A DNA stretch of 64,000 bases from Amphiscolops sp. MND2022. Lineage: Eukaryota. The stretch is taken from contig OZ076409.1 in the NCBI GenBank assembly GCA_964187785.1, positions 37,760,001-37,824,000 of the forward strand. The letters are read 5' to 3'. The position numbers were made by a program, and so were the translations under genes. The notes beneath the pieces were generated by a model. That model made no database searches and had not been told where the DNA came from. It was given only the letters and a program-made list of their open reading frames with translations. Numbering within the stretch: the first letter of the stretch is position 1; each line of letters opens with the position of its first letter. This document shows, piece after piece, positions 1 through 13,128 of this stretch.

Positions 1-505
1 TGCTATTTCCCGGGTTGACTTCCAAAGAGAAAACATCTTGATGATGAAATGATATATTTGGTGATGTATGAACACATTTCAGTCATACAATGACCATACA
101 AGAGCAAAAAAATCAAAACTGACATTATTGACTGGTCTTTTTATGGACTAAATGTTTTGCATGCATTGCAAATTAGCGTAACGTAGTCATTTAAAGTAAC
201 GTTGATGATAAGTTGGCTTCTCCCTAATCATGAACCAATTTCTGACGGAAATGTGTCAACATCAACTCGCTTATTGAATTCTAGCATCTACTACTAATTT
301 TAAACGGTTGATTTGAAATTAAGCACAAATTAAATAAGTTGAACAGTTTCGTAATTCATTGTAATAAGCGTATGTTACGTGATCTCCGGTTCCACCTTCA
401 GCCTTTAACGCCTAACGCCATTACTATTTGAAATGTTCGTAGGAACAAACCCAGATCTACTTTAATCTTTTCCAGAGAACATGCAAGTCATACAATGACT
501 AAATA

Positions 506-3428
506 AACAAGCCGGGAAAAGCTCAGGTCGGCACCCCGCTCAAGGTTCAATAAATCAAGTTTTTTTTTGATATTTCAAAAGATACTACTGTGAGAATGTC
601 ATCAAATTTACAGTGCCGGAAATTACCAGAAGGGGCATCCATAAGACTCAAAAACCACTTTTGTTTCCATCAAAAAACTGAAAGTTTTCAAAATTCAATA
701 ATATTTCGTGAAATTTTTCTTCTGAAAATGTCTCGCAGTGCCGAAAAAGGAGCCTTAGGCTTGCCAAACACTTTTAAAAAAACGAAATATTTTATGAATT
801 TATGAAAAGAGGGTACCCTTTGACCAAATGAAGTTCGAAGAAAAGTCGCAAATTGTCAAAAAAATCGTCTGCCATTTCCCCAATTATTGGGAAACTCTCA
901 TCTCCGGTAAAAATCCAGATTAGCTCTCTATTCAAGCAAAACATTTTTTTCTGCTAGTGTTAAGGGACGGTTTTTGGTTTTAAAAAACATATCAAAAATC
1001 GAATGGTGCCGAAAAAAAGCCCGAAGATCGCCTTCGGTCTCCCCTCTACGTTAGCAAACATAAAAATATTGGTTTAGTGCGAGACTCAAATCAACATACC
1101 CCTGCATATCAGACCTCGCCACCTGAACAAGAAATCCGCATTAACCACTGGGTCAAGTGGGAGTGTGACTAAATTGAGTATACTAACTTATAGAAGCTTA
1201 CAGAAATCTGTCAATTGTCCTGTCTTCGAAAAACAAGCCGGGAACGGCCCAAATCGGCGCCCGATCAAGGTCCAAAGAGAGCAACAAGTTCCCATGTTGA
1301 GCTTTCCTTGAGAATCTGTAAAGATCTGTGAGCCAATTTTCCTTGAGGATCTGTAAAGGTCGTGCCACTTCTACGTAAGGACAACTGCAGATCTGCAAGG
1401 ATCTTTACAGATATTCAAAGATTTTCTGTACAGATTTCTCAGGAAAAGTTTTTCCGGACCTTCTAGTGAAACTATGCATTTCATTTTTTAGCTTCTTCAG
1501 TAGATATTTTTGCTGACCAAGGCTCAGTCAGTTGAAACTCTCCATCACTCAAAATTCTTGAGCAGGAAATCTTGTCCCCATCACGGTAATTTTGGTGTCT
1601 GGGGAATGTTCGGTGTTGGTTATACACTGTAATTTATCCATTTCAGTTGAACTTTCCAGAAGTGGTTTTTCAACTTTGAGAGGCTCGTTTGCCATATTGA
1701 CTTCGTTTTGACGGATGAAATTTGACATGTGACAACCTTCTGGGTTGGTAGAGTTGTTGATAGAATGCTGTGGTTGTAATATTTCGGGAACATGGTTTGT
1801 TGGAGTAGTTTAAGTAATTGCTGGAAACTCGGAATACGTTATAGTAATTTATTGGTATGGTTAATTTTTAACAAATCCTGGAATATCTGCAAGGATCTGT
1901 ACAGATCTGTACAGATTCGCACAGAAACGTTTTTAAAAACTTCAAATAAGAGGCGTGTTTTTTTCGTAGAGCACTTTTTAACCAACTAATTTCTTTTTCG
2001 AAAACTGAATTTATGACTATTCAATTTTCGAACAATCCTGGAATATCTGTCAGGATCTGTGCAGTTCTGTACAGATTCAGAGGGAGTGCTCAACATGGGT
2101 TTAAAATAATAGAAAAAAATTATAATGAAACTACCTTCAAATTATTCTACAATGAAACAAAAACTACTTTCAATTATTCTACAGTGTCATAAATTACCCG
2201 AGAGGGCATGTTCGAGACTCAAAAACAGCTTTTTTGAACTGGACTCATCTAATTGGAAAAGCTAATTTTCCTTTTAGCAAAAGCATTGCGCACTACCGAA
2301 AACACAAAAAGAAACCGAAAAGACAGTCGAACGCTTTTTCCAACCCGAAGCCTTCAATTCATCATACGATGCCAAAAAATCCAAAGAAGTTCCTTTGAGA
2401 CTCTAAGACAGTTTTTTTGAACTGAAAACATCAGAATAACCCAAATTTTTGAAAAAAACAATACTTTAAAAACTTCCTTTCAGTCGCATAAGTGCAAAAA
2501 TCCCCAAATAGAGACCCTTCGTGCTCGCTAAACGCTCTTTCCGAATCGGAAACTTCAAAAAATGAAAGGGTACTCTTTGTTATGAAATTAAAAATTTTGT
2601 GGAAAAGTCGCACAGCGCCGAAAAAACCCCAAAGGGAACCTTTGGTCTCGTTAACGTTTTGCGAAAATCAGAAATCGTCCATCCTGGGATGGAAACCCAC
2701 GCACCCTTGCTCAGCAGCCACGCACTCACCCACTACGCGGAGTGAGGGATTCTCTCAAAAAACGTCCAATGCAAGGTTCACGAAACGTTTAACATTTGTT
2801 ACGACAAGCTGTCACAAGTTTGCCACTGTGAGCTTGAAGTCTTAAGGGATGGCGCGTCAATGCACGGGACGGGCGTTCAGCTGCCAATAGACTCATCTTG
2901 CATCCAATGGGGTAATGTCCCGTACGTCACAAGATGGGGCTCTACGTATCGATAAATGACAGTTACTCATATGGATTCATCTGTGAGATGTTTATAGTAT
3001 TAGGCATACAAGGTGTGAGCAGCAATTGGGTTCGGAGAGCGTGGGTACAACCGGAGAGCGTGGGTTCGATTCTCGCACTAAGCCATAAATTTTTTAATGC
3101 TTCCAAAAGTACAGGTGAGACCAAAGGGTCCCCCCTTTGGGTTTTTTTCGGCACTATGCGACTTTTTTTTCGAAAATTTTCGAAATTTATCAAAGGGTAC
3201 CCCCTTGCATTTTTTGAAGTTTTCGGTTTGTAGAAAACGTTGAATGAGCCTGAATGGCCTCTTTTTGAGTTTTTCGGCATTGTGCGACTTAAAAAATACT
3301 TTTTTCGAAAAAAAAATCAAAAATATTTTTTTTTGAAAAAAAAAATTTTCCAAATTTTTCCAATAGTTGTTCCTTGAATATTTTTGAGCCTAAGATATGG
3401 CGCCGACTTGGGACGTTCCCGTCTTGTT
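506..3428. repeat. Cluster of an abundant dispersed repeat family with AACAAG(C/A)CGGGAAC.../...GTTCCCGTCTTGTT ends (MITE-like)
   Basis: Left-end motifs at 506 and 1232, inverted right end at ~3405-3428. Internal modules (AAAGGGTCCCCCCTTT, TTTTCGGCACTGTGCGAC, GAGCCTTAGATATAGCGCCGAC) recur at ~14200, 15127, 36700, 39300-39700 and 58931-60271. Confidence 0.7.
1291..2099. mobile_element. Non-autonomous TIR element (CCC...GGG ends, 2-bp TSD; CMC/EnSpm-like), AGATCTG-rich subterminal repeats
   Basis: TIR CCCATGTTGAG / CTCAACATGGG, TT on both flanks. The interior is homologous to 34742-35610 (e.g. CACGGTAATTTTGGTGTCTGGGGAAT in both). Confidence 0.75.
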
Positions 3429-4201
3429 CTTTTTTTCGTCAGCCACAGATCTCACCTTCTATGTGCCTTTTTTCTGCACTGTGCAATTCCATCAAAAGTG
3501 CTTAGTACTTGATTTTGAACTCATCCAAAGCCTCTAACGTGAAATACAAAACGATTGCAAAGCAGAAGAGCCCCATTTTCTAATTTTTCGGCATTATGAG
3601 ACTTTCCTCGCCCCCTTTTTCGGCCTTGCGAGACTTTTTTCCAAAAATTTTTAAAAATCCCTTCAGTTTTTTTGATATTTTGTAACAAACTGGATTTCCA
3701 AAAAGCCCCCTATTTCAATTTTAAAAACTTAGCGCTTTTAGAGCCTTAGATATAGCGCTCACTTCAGACCTTCACGTCTTGCAAAATCAAAAAAAAACTC
3801 GACACAGTTTGATTGATATTTTCCAAGTGAACTTTCTGTTCCGATTCAAAGGAAAAATGACAGTTTGCTCATGTTTCTGTTAGGGAGGTTTTTTTATGTA
3901 CCAGAAACTTCACACGAACACATATTTCAGCAATTGATCTTGGTTAATGTTGTTGTTGTTCCAATACCAACGATTTCTCTCAGATTCGACAAAGCTTAAT
4001 GTGAAAATTTCTTCGAAGCTCTAAGGTGACAAGTCAGAAGCATTCAATTTATTGCATGAACTTACTGTAAATAACTTACAAGACGGTAACATCTGAAGTC
4101 CATGATCCGGCTTGATGTACAGAAAGCGCAAAGTTTTTCTCTTCAGGTTGGTAATTTTTTTAAGTAAACAATTTGATAAATTGCTGGAATGGCCCTGTCT
4201 T

Positions 4202-5351
4202 CCCAATGTTTGAAGCCATGGAACGCTTGCTATGATCATGGTTAATCTTGCTAAACAATGGTTAACCATGGGACCCTTGTCAAGATCATGGCTAATCATG
4301 ATACATGGAACGCTTGCCAAGATCGTGGCAAGATCTTGGAAAGATAACCATGGTTTGTCATTGTCCTTGCCAGGGACATCTTTTCAAAACTCGATTCGAA
4401 CCATTTTCAGTTATTACCCGTGTCCTTGTTGAAATTTAGGGGCGCGACTAACTAGGGGCGCGACTAACTAGGGGCGCGAATAACTAGGGGCGCGAATAAA
4501 TAGGGGCGCGAATAAATAGGGGCGCGAATAACAAGGGGCGAGAATAACTAGGGGCGCGAATAACGTCTAAAGGAATAACATCTAAAAAGTGTTCCGGGAA
4601 TAACGTCTAAACGAATAACGTTATTCCTGCTCCCCGTTGGAATTCACTGTTTCTTTTATTGGAAGGCCTGCAGGGATGAATATGAAAGTAGAGGGAAGAA
4701 TAAGATCTAAAGTCAAAAAAGGGAATATCTAAAATTTTAGGACGGGAATAAGATCTAAAGGAATACTCAGATTTTCAGGTTTTCATGCTGAATGGCTGTT
4801 CAATCAATGATGCTTTTTGTTTTTCATTTGATATTATACTAGTCTCTAAATATTTGAAGGTATTTAGTGGTTTTTCTCCTTTTTTGGATGTTAGATTTGC
4901 TGTACCTTGTTTTCAACTTTGATGTAACAGCCTCGAAATATATGAAAAATGTCTCTCTTTTAATGTTCAGTTTACTGAAACGTTTTTGATCTGTGTGAGT
5001 TTTCTAGATGAGTAGCTAAAGGTTCAATGCTATAACGTCTAAGGAATAATATTTAAATGCAAAACGGGAATAACGTCTAAAGCGGCGAGTGGGAACATGG
5101 ATCTTGCAAGCATACCATGGTTTCGAACACTGGGAATTACCAAAAAAAAACGGATTTGTTACCATGGAACCCTTGGCAAGAACATGGTTAATCATGGCAT
5201 CCTTGCCAAGATCATGGTTAACCTTTGCACGATCTTGCATGGCCATGGCATCCTTGCCAAGATCATGGCAAGATCATGGCAAGATCTTGGCAAGGCTACC
5301 AAGGAACTTGCCATGTATCTTGGCAAGGATGCCATGGTTTTGAACACTGGG
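4202..5351. mobile_element. Non-autonomous TIR element (CCC...GGG, 2-bp TSD) with CCATGG/CTTGCCAAGATC subterminal arrays
   Basis: CCCAATGTTTGAAGCCATGG at 4202 and CCATGGTTTTGAACACTGGG ending 5351, TT on both flanks. An extra internal right-end copy ends at ~5134. Confidence 0.65.
4437..4564. repeat. 16-bp minisatellite, ~8 copies (TAGGGGCGCGAATAAC)
   Basis: Directly visible head-to-tail units without spacers. Confidence 0.9.
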
Positions 5352-7291
5352 TTCGGAGTATTCTCTGGGCCTAAAAAAGTTTTTCCGAACTGAAAATTTC
5401 TAAAAATAAAAAAGAACTATGATTTTTCAAATATCAAAAATGTCCCACAGTGCCGAAACAATCCAAAGAGGCCTTTTGGCTTCATACAGCTTTGTGAGTA
5501 AAAAGCAATACAACCAATTCCTTTGTCTTCTTTGCATACCCTTTACATCTTAGATTGGAAGTCTGATGCCTCCAGATACATTATGTTGCCAATGCGTTGC
5601 ATACAAATGTTGCTTTTACAAAATTCACCAATAAAAAGAACTTCAGAGGGCAATAAAAAGATTCAGTGGGCAAAGAATGGTTGTTTTTGTTCATTTTCTA
5701 TTGTGGAATTATACGATAAATGAAAAAAAAGTCCATTTAGCGGGGATCAGAACAGATAGTCAAGGTTGTCTGTTCTCCTCCGAAGAGCTTGACACTAAAA
5801 GTCTAGGTGCGAAATACTTCTACACTCTGTCGGGTAATCTCCTTTCATCTGACTGCTTGTTACGTAAATTGCTCGAAACGTTTTTCTTTAATGCATAGAA
5901 CAGACAGACCTTGCCAACATTAATCGATTCGCTTAGATCAATACTCTTTTAATGAAAAGTCCTGAGCAACCATTCAAAAAAGTCCTTTGAAAAGAATTGC
6001 AATGAGCCTTGGATGATGATATTTGACAGCATAAAGGAAGAGGTAATCGTTGTGCAAGTTAACCCAAAAATGACCTTGAGAGCAACTTTTGAATCCCTTC
6101 GTTGAACTTTCAAGCGCCCTAGTCAAAGGCTTTGATAATGCGAGAGTCAAATATTCGAATGTTATCTTATGGTCACAAAATCATTCACAGATGAGCAGTT
6201 AACATTTTCGAAGCCATGGCAACTTTTCCATTGAGGTGTTAGTTGACGCATGCTTGGAAAATTTGTGAAGATTTCAAAAGAGTAAACTGGTCATCTGTAA
6301 ATGATCAGGCTCTAAATTTGTGATTCCATAGTGAGTTCCACTTTTCAAAGAAAAAGCATCGTACTTACATGAATTTTGTCGGGCATCGAAACCCTTTCAA
6401 ACTACTAGCATTCACTGGAATGGGAGCGGGGTTTTGGCCGAACTGGAAGCTAATTTTGATATATCCATGGTCATCTCAAAGTGATCACAACTATTCTATA
6501 TTAATTTGGTTGTCTACCCACAAGGTTCTCTGTGAAATTTGGTTGTCTATAAATAATGCCTCAAGGTCACAATCAGCAGCTGAAATCGCTTACATCATAG
6601 CTTCCAGGGGAACTAACTAAGACCCCTTAATTCAGCTTTGAATTTTCCTCAAGATTACAGAAGTAAATCTTAGACAAGGCAAAGGTCCTTCATGGGATAC
6701 AACTGTAGTCAAAGATAATCTTCTAGCTCCATTGAGATCTCTTGTAAGTTCAAGTAAGCTTAAAGCCATGAAAACTTTGGAAAAATTGGAAAAATGTATA
6801 TATTATAGGCATTCCATTACCAAGATAAGTTTATCCCTAAGAAATACGAACTTATTCACTGAATGTCAATTTCTTCGCTAGAGGTGATTCTGGACTCATT
6901 TGTTCATCCGACTGGGTGTCCATTTTTGAATAAACAAAAAATTCAAAAACAAAATTTCATCAGACCTGAAATTCAATGATACCAATTTCTGACCAGAAAT
7001 TGGTCCTTTTTAGAATGCACTGTAGTATTGACTGTTTATATTTGAAACGCCTTGTACATGGTTCTGGGGAAACTTTTGCCTTTTCGTGGTGACAAATACG
7101 TGACATGTGCTTATTGGTATGCGGAAAACTCGTCGAAAACAACCCGCCAAAATTAATGCAACTCGTCGAAAACAACTCATCGAAAATATACAGGGTTACC
7201 GAAAATATTATTTTGATAATATTCTATCCAAAAGTACAGTTATTTTATTTCTGTTCTCAAAAATAAATAATTGCAAAACATTTGTTTCAAA

Positions 7292-7504
7292 TGTTATACG
7301 GTTCATCCGTCAATCAAAAAGAACAACAACCTTTACCGAACTTCGGTAGCAGACACACCAGTCTGTTGTTTACAAACATTAGATGTGAAACTGTTACATC
7401 CATTTATGTTACAGAGATACTGTTGAATAGTTTATTACTTTGATACAGAAAAGATATTATTTTAGAAAACCTCATTTTATCTAAACCTAGTTAGAAATAC
7501 AACA
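7292..7504 (+). repeat. 5' LTR of element A (213 bp)
   Basis: TGTT...AACA termini; direct repeat of 12899-13128. Confidence 0.92.
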
Positions 7505-7520
7505 TGGCGCAGTAAGCAAG
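7505..7520 (+). promoter_or_regulatory. Primer-binding site of element A (TGGCGCAGT..., possibly tRNA-Ser)
   Basis: TGG immediately after the 5' LTR. The tRNA identity is an inference. Confidence 0.7.
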
Positions 7521-7562
7521 ATTTTTTATTTAACAAACCGAAAAAAATTTTTAACCGGAACT

Positions 7563-8483
7563 ATGGTAGAAAAGAATACTGTACCAAACCTAGAAGCAAA
7601 GGCATCAGACGGAAACCCAATATTTACACCGAGACAATGGTTGGAGAGATTTAGACAATTTACCAAACGAGAACACAAAATCGACATCACACCATTAATA
7701 AAAGAGGAAGATATTACAGAAGCCGGTTGGACCGCCAAAAAAGATGCAAAAATCCAAGAAGATTTTATCTGGGGAGTGGGGCCGGAAGCATTGTACCAGA
7801 TAACCCGGGCCGAGTACAAAACGGAACCGGATAGTATAAAAAGCAAAGACCTAATTCGGTTATATACCGAACACTACCTCCCAAAACGAAACACATTTCA
7901 CAATAGAGGAGACGTCTTTTGGGCGAAACAATCGGAGAACGAAATACCCGAAGAGTTCTGGAGACGACTGATTGAAATAGAAAAAGAATGCAATTTCGGA
8001 ACCATCTCAGCCGAAGAACTACTAATATCCAAATACATGACAGCGATTACCGACAAGAAGTTACGGGACAAGCTAATGAAGGAAAAGACCATAGAGATGA
8101 AGAAAACAATTGAAATGATTAAACAAAACACATACGAAAAGAAAAACAAGAAAAATACAATACCCGAAGCATTAATCACAACAAACGAAAAACAGATGAT
8201 CAAAGAAGAACCAATACAAAGAGTGGAGAAATTCGGAACCAGACCGAAAACGAGAATAACGGGAAACCCACCATGCAGATTCTGCAACGCACCAAATTGG
8301 AACCCAACACACAAATGCCCAGCATTAGAATCAAATTGTAACAACTGCGGAAAGAAAGGACACTACGCACGGGCATGCAAACAAAGAACAAAGAACAATC
8401 GAACACTGAGTAAACTTACCGGAGAAGAAGAAACAGAACCAAACGAATCGATGAGTGAATCCGATGAAAGTATATATCATTAG
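7563..8483 (+). CDS. gag: Gag of element A
   Basis: 306-aa ORF with a twin zinc-knuckle region CRFC...HKCPA..SNCNNCGKKGHYARAC, typical of Mag-like Gypsy. Confidence 0.85.
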   Translation: MVEKNTVPNLEAKASDGNPIFTPRQWLERFRQFTKREHKIDITPLIKEEDITEAGWTAKKDAKIQEDFIWGVGPEALYQITRAEYKTEPDSIKSKDLIRLYTEHYLPKRNTFHNRGDVFWAKQSENEIPEEFWRRLIEIEKECNFGTISAEELLISKYMTAITDKKLRDKLMKEKTIEMKKTIEMIKQNTYEKKNKKNTIPEALITTNEKQMIKEEPIQRVEKFGTRPKTRITGNPPCRFCNAPNWNPTHKCPALESNCNNCGKKGHYARACKQRTKNNRTLSKLTGEEETEPNESMSESDESIYH

Positions 8484-11400
8484 AAGAAGGAAAGAACATC
8501 GTAGAACAACAGAAACATTAAACGGCGAAAATAAAGATAAACGGAACACCAAAAGAATTTATCATCGATACCGGATCACCGTGACCATAATGCATTAGAC
8601 GAACAAATCATAAAGAAGACCGATATACAGAAAATAACAAACCGATACCAAGGTGTAAACAAGAACGAAGTAAAATTCCGGGGGAGAATACCGGTAAACA
8701 TAGAATACGAAAAGAACAACCAAAAAAAAAGGAAATACTAATTACCGAAAGAGCGGACATAACACCCCTACTGGGGATGGACTGGATGAAAAGATTCAAG
8801 CTGACAATCGGTAAAATACAACTGGCCGAAATCGGCCAATCAGAAAAGGAGAGAATAATTAACAAGTTCCCGGACCTATTCGAAAACAACCGGACAATGA
8901 AAGATACCGAAATAAACATACAACTGGAACCCGGACGTTACCCGGTGAAACAAAAAGCAAGACCGATACCACTACACCAGCAAGAAGATGTAGGGCGGGA
9001 AATAGAGAAATTAATAAAAGCAGGACATCTAGAGAAAGTAAACAATGTGGATGAAGACTGTTTCGTATCACCGGTACTAATAACGGTAAAGAATGACAAA
9101 TCAGTGAAAAAAGCATTTGACTCCCGGAAATTAAACGATAGCTGCAGTAAACGGAGACCACAATGCCGAAATGGAGGAACTACTAAACCAAATATCGGTG
9201 GAAATTACACGAGACCTCACACTACAATTATTCATGTCAAAGATCGACTTAGATTACGCATACGGACAAATGAAATTATCCGAAGAGACAAGCCGACAAT
9301 GCGTATTCGCAATCACCGGAGCGAAATTCAGCGGATACTACAGATTTAAAAAAGGGTTTTACGGACTTGCCGATATTCCCACAATTTTCCAGGAGAAAAT
9401 AGACCGAATACTGGAATACAGTACACCGGCATGGTCAGATGACATTATAGTAGTAACACGCGGAAGTAGACAAGAACACAAGAAAAAACTATTCGATGTT
9501 TTATCTAAAGCCGGATACCGGGCAAGCAAAAGGAATTCGGACCTTTTCCTAAAACAGACAAAACGGTTGGGACACGAAATTGATGAATCCGGGATAAAAC
9601 CGAACGAGGAGAAGGTTGAAGCGATACAAAAATTGAAATCACCGAACAATACAAAAGAACTGAAATCATTCCTCGGGGCAATACACTATTTAGCAAAATT
9701 TCTACCAAAACTATCGGAAAAGACAGACAGATTGAGAAAGCTACTGAAGAAATATGAACCATGGATATGGGGACAGGAACAAGAAAGTGATTTCAAACAA
9801 ATAAAACAAATGCTGACCGAAAAACCATGCTTAGCACATTATGCAAAAGATAAAGATAACATGGTAACGACAGACGCAAGCAAAACCGGTCTCAGCATTA
9901 CACTTTGGCAAAAGCAAGATGACATGGAATTGAAACCAATTGCATTCGGTAGTAGATATTTAAACAACACCGAAAAGAACTACTCAATCGGCGAACTTGA
10001 ACTGCTAGCAATAGTTTGGGGATTGGAAAAATTCTGTTTCTACCTATACGGAAAAAAGGTACACCTATACACGGATCACCAAGTACTAGAACCTCTAATT
10101 AAAAGGAACCGAAGCAACCATCAATACAGCGCAAGACTAACTAGATGGTTAGATCGGCTAGCACATTTTGACATCGCAGTTCAACACATTGCCGGCAGCA
10201 ATATGAAATTCACCGACTATCTCACCAGAAATCCGGTAGGGGGAGTACCGACAGAAGACAAATACGACGAAGAATACGTCATTAATATATTAACCGAGCA
10301 CGCGGAATTGAACGCAAAATATGGTTCGCTATTCGACAGCCAATCAGATTACAGCAAACAAGATACCGAGACAAAACGGAATACATCCGAGAGCCAAAAA
10401 GAGCGAAAGAACGACCAATCACATGCAAATAGAACATTCCAGAACAAAGGCCACGTGAATAAAATTAACGAAAGCGAGAAAAACACATCCGGGCAGTCCA
10501 AAATTAGCACCGCAAAGACAAGTTCAAACTTAAAAGAAGAAGACATTGAGAAAATGAATCGAGAAAACCTGTACCACTGGGGAGCAACCCGAGAGATCAT
10601 GGAGATAATAAGAAGAAGAAACAAAAGCCCCGAAACACGGAGACTAGTAGAAAGGAGAGAAGCGCTAGCAAGGCCCGGAACAATGAGAAGACGGTACGAT
10701 CCGCAATCACAGAGAATGATCTTTACACCATCAAGACCGAATAAAAGAAGCCGGGAAGAGATTGCGGAGATAGATGCAGAGCTCACACAAAGAGCTAACC
10801 GAAGAGGCGGTGGATACCGGACAATCCAAGAAGAAGACGAAGACGAACCGGAAGCACCCGAAGAGGGAGAACTGCAAGCTGAACAAAATACGGTGGACAC
10901 CGAAGAAGATAGCGTGATAATGCGGGGGGACAACCTGCCGATCGTCGACCTCAGCAAATACCACACAGAAGGCAAGGAAGCCCACCACATTCAAATAAAC
11001 CACATTGTGGGCCGGCTCACCGAGAATAAAAAGATGACAGAAGAAAACATCAAGAAAGCAGAGTTTAATTTCATGCTCGACCTCAAAACACTCATATCCA
11101 AAACGGCGATCGATCCGGAAATGACACGAGTCCGGACCAGTATGAGAAGAGAGGAGAAAGACTCCGCGCCCGAAGGATACAGAGCGGTATTCGACAAACT
11201 CTCGGTTCGATGAGGCTTAGTCTTCGTCGACGATCAAATCGCGTTCCCATCGACTTGAGAAGACAGCTTATTGAAATTCTCTACTTCGGTCACTCCGGAA
11301 TAACAAAAATGCTATCAGACGCGAAGATATTTTGGTGGCCGAAAATGCGGAAAGATATCGAGCAAAGAGTAAAAGATTGCACAGCCTGCTTAGCTACAGG

Positions 11401-12737
11401 TAAGAACCTTAAATACCAAATTCCAAAAAAACAAGTACGGGAAACTAGGAAAATTGTCCGAACCGGGACAAGAAATACAAATCAATTTTACCGGAAAATT
11501 ACATAATTAAAACCTAAACGGCGAACCCCAAATATTAATTGCAAAAGACCGGTTTAGTAAATGGCCGACGGCGAAAAATTGTAAAACATCGGAAACAAAA
11601 GAAGTTACAAGTTTCCTATCAAATCAGTTTAATTTATACGGCATCCCCGAAAAAATTAAATCCGATAAAGGGGGAGCGTTCACTTCAACCGAATATGAAA
11701 TAATTTTGTAAAGCCCGAAACATAGAAATACAGTAGTGCCCCCAAGAATGCATACCGGAAACGGAGCAGTAGAAAGAGCAATACAAACAATGAAAAATCT
11801 AGTGTTGGCTAAAATGGAAGATGGAAATAATCTCACCGAAAGTGTTAATAGAGCATTAAAAGTGATGCGATTCACAATACATACCGGACTAAAGAAAACA
11901 CCATTTGAACTACATCACGGTCGAAAGCCGAGAACGGAACTAACTAATATAATAAAAGACGGAAAATCATTTTTATCCAATTGGTCAGAACTGTCCGTTT
12001 CAGCACCAAATCGGCCAAAAAAAACGATATATGTCGGTAGAGACGCAGACGGGGAAATCACCAACCACATGGTGATGGCCCGGACAAAGACCGAAGAACG
12101 GCAACTGGCTTCGGAGTCAAAATCACCGAAGAAAAGGAGCTCAGTTAGATATGCCTTTAAATTTCTAGAAAAAAGACATAAACTAAGCTCCTTAGAATGT
12201 AGATTCCAATCAAAAATACAAACCGCAGTAAGTGGAACCGAGAACACCGTAAAAACTGACACGGGAAAAATAATACACCGAAAATTTATTTCGGACCCAT
12301 TATTTCAGAGCTAGAAAAGACACCGAAGAGAATCGGCACCGACAGTCTCAGCTGAGATAACGCCCAAGAACCGACATTGCCTACGCGGACGTGATGGCAA
12401 ATACGGGAAATGGGATGAAATACTCAGAGACATCCTAAACGGAAAACTGAGAATAGTGCAAAACAAAAAGTACGCCGAAACAGAGACGGAAGACGAAGAC
12501 GAAGACAATGAAGAAATACCGGAAGATGCCGGAAAGACGTATGACACATCGGAGAAAGATGGATGGTATGCTCCGATACAAACAGACCCCGAAAATGATG
12601 TCATACAAATACACACTGATGGAGAAATGCCGCCCCAGGGTGAGAATTCTCAAAATAAATATAGACGGTCAAACCGAAACACAAGTAAACCGAATAGATA
12701 CGGTGGTATAACATATAAAGGAAACTTTTGGGTATGA
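8484..12737 (+). pseudogene. pol: Pol of element A (PR, RT, RNase H, integrase) with stops and frameshifts
   Basis: Protease FIIDTGS (~8560), RT KIDLDYAY and WSDD, RNase H TDAS/ELE/YTDH, integrase HHCC (GH...CTAC), SDKG and NGAVER. Confidence 0.9.
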
Positions 12738-12881
12738 AAAAGTTGTTTATGTTACAGGCCACAGCTGGACCCGAACAAAGGGCACACCCAAACCAATCCT
12801 GGGAACTGCACAAAAGCCGCAAGACTTCCTGCCGGAGAACATGACGTTACCCGGCACATCTTCAAGCCTCTGAAAAACCCC

Positions 12882-12898
12882 GGAGAGAGAAGGGGAAA
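12882..12898 (+). promoter_or_regulatory. Polypurine tract of element A
   Basis: GGAGAGAGAAGGGGAAA abutting the 3' LTR. Confidence 0.85.
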
Positions 12899-13128
12899 AG
12901 TTATACGGATCATCCGTCAATCAAAAAGAACAACAACCTTTACCGAACTTCGGTAGCAGACACACCAGTCTGTTGTGTACAAACATTACTTGTGTACAAA
13001 CATTGTGTGTGAAACTGTTACATCCATTTATGTTACAGAGATAATGTTGAATAGTTTATTACTTTGATACAGAAAAGATATTATTTCAGAAAACCTCATT
13101 TTATCTGAACCTAGTTAGAAACACAACA
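12899..13128 (+). repeat. 3' LTR of element A
   Basis: Direct repeat of 7292-7504 with TG changed to AG and a short internal duplication (TGTGTACAAACATT). Confidence 0.92.

Larger units (their letters stand above)
7292..13128 (+). mobile_element. Ty3/Gypsy LTR retrotransposon A (Mag-like), full length, decayed
   Basis: Paired LTRs, 5-bp TSD TCAAA (7287-7291, 13129-13133), PBS, PPT, gag-PR-RT-RH-IN order. Confidence 0.95.

Noticed and set aside
4437..4564. CRISPR-like array
   Set aside because: Units are contiguous with no unique spacers, there are no cas genes and the context is eukaryotic; it is a minisatellite.
5500..7050. Coding-like minus-strand stretch
   Set aside because: Too many stops and no recognisable motif; cannot be assigned without a search.
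7526..12822. Numerous minus-strand ORFs over element A and over gag-pol of B and C
   Set aside because: Shadow frames of A-rich coding sequence, with no motifs or splice pattern.
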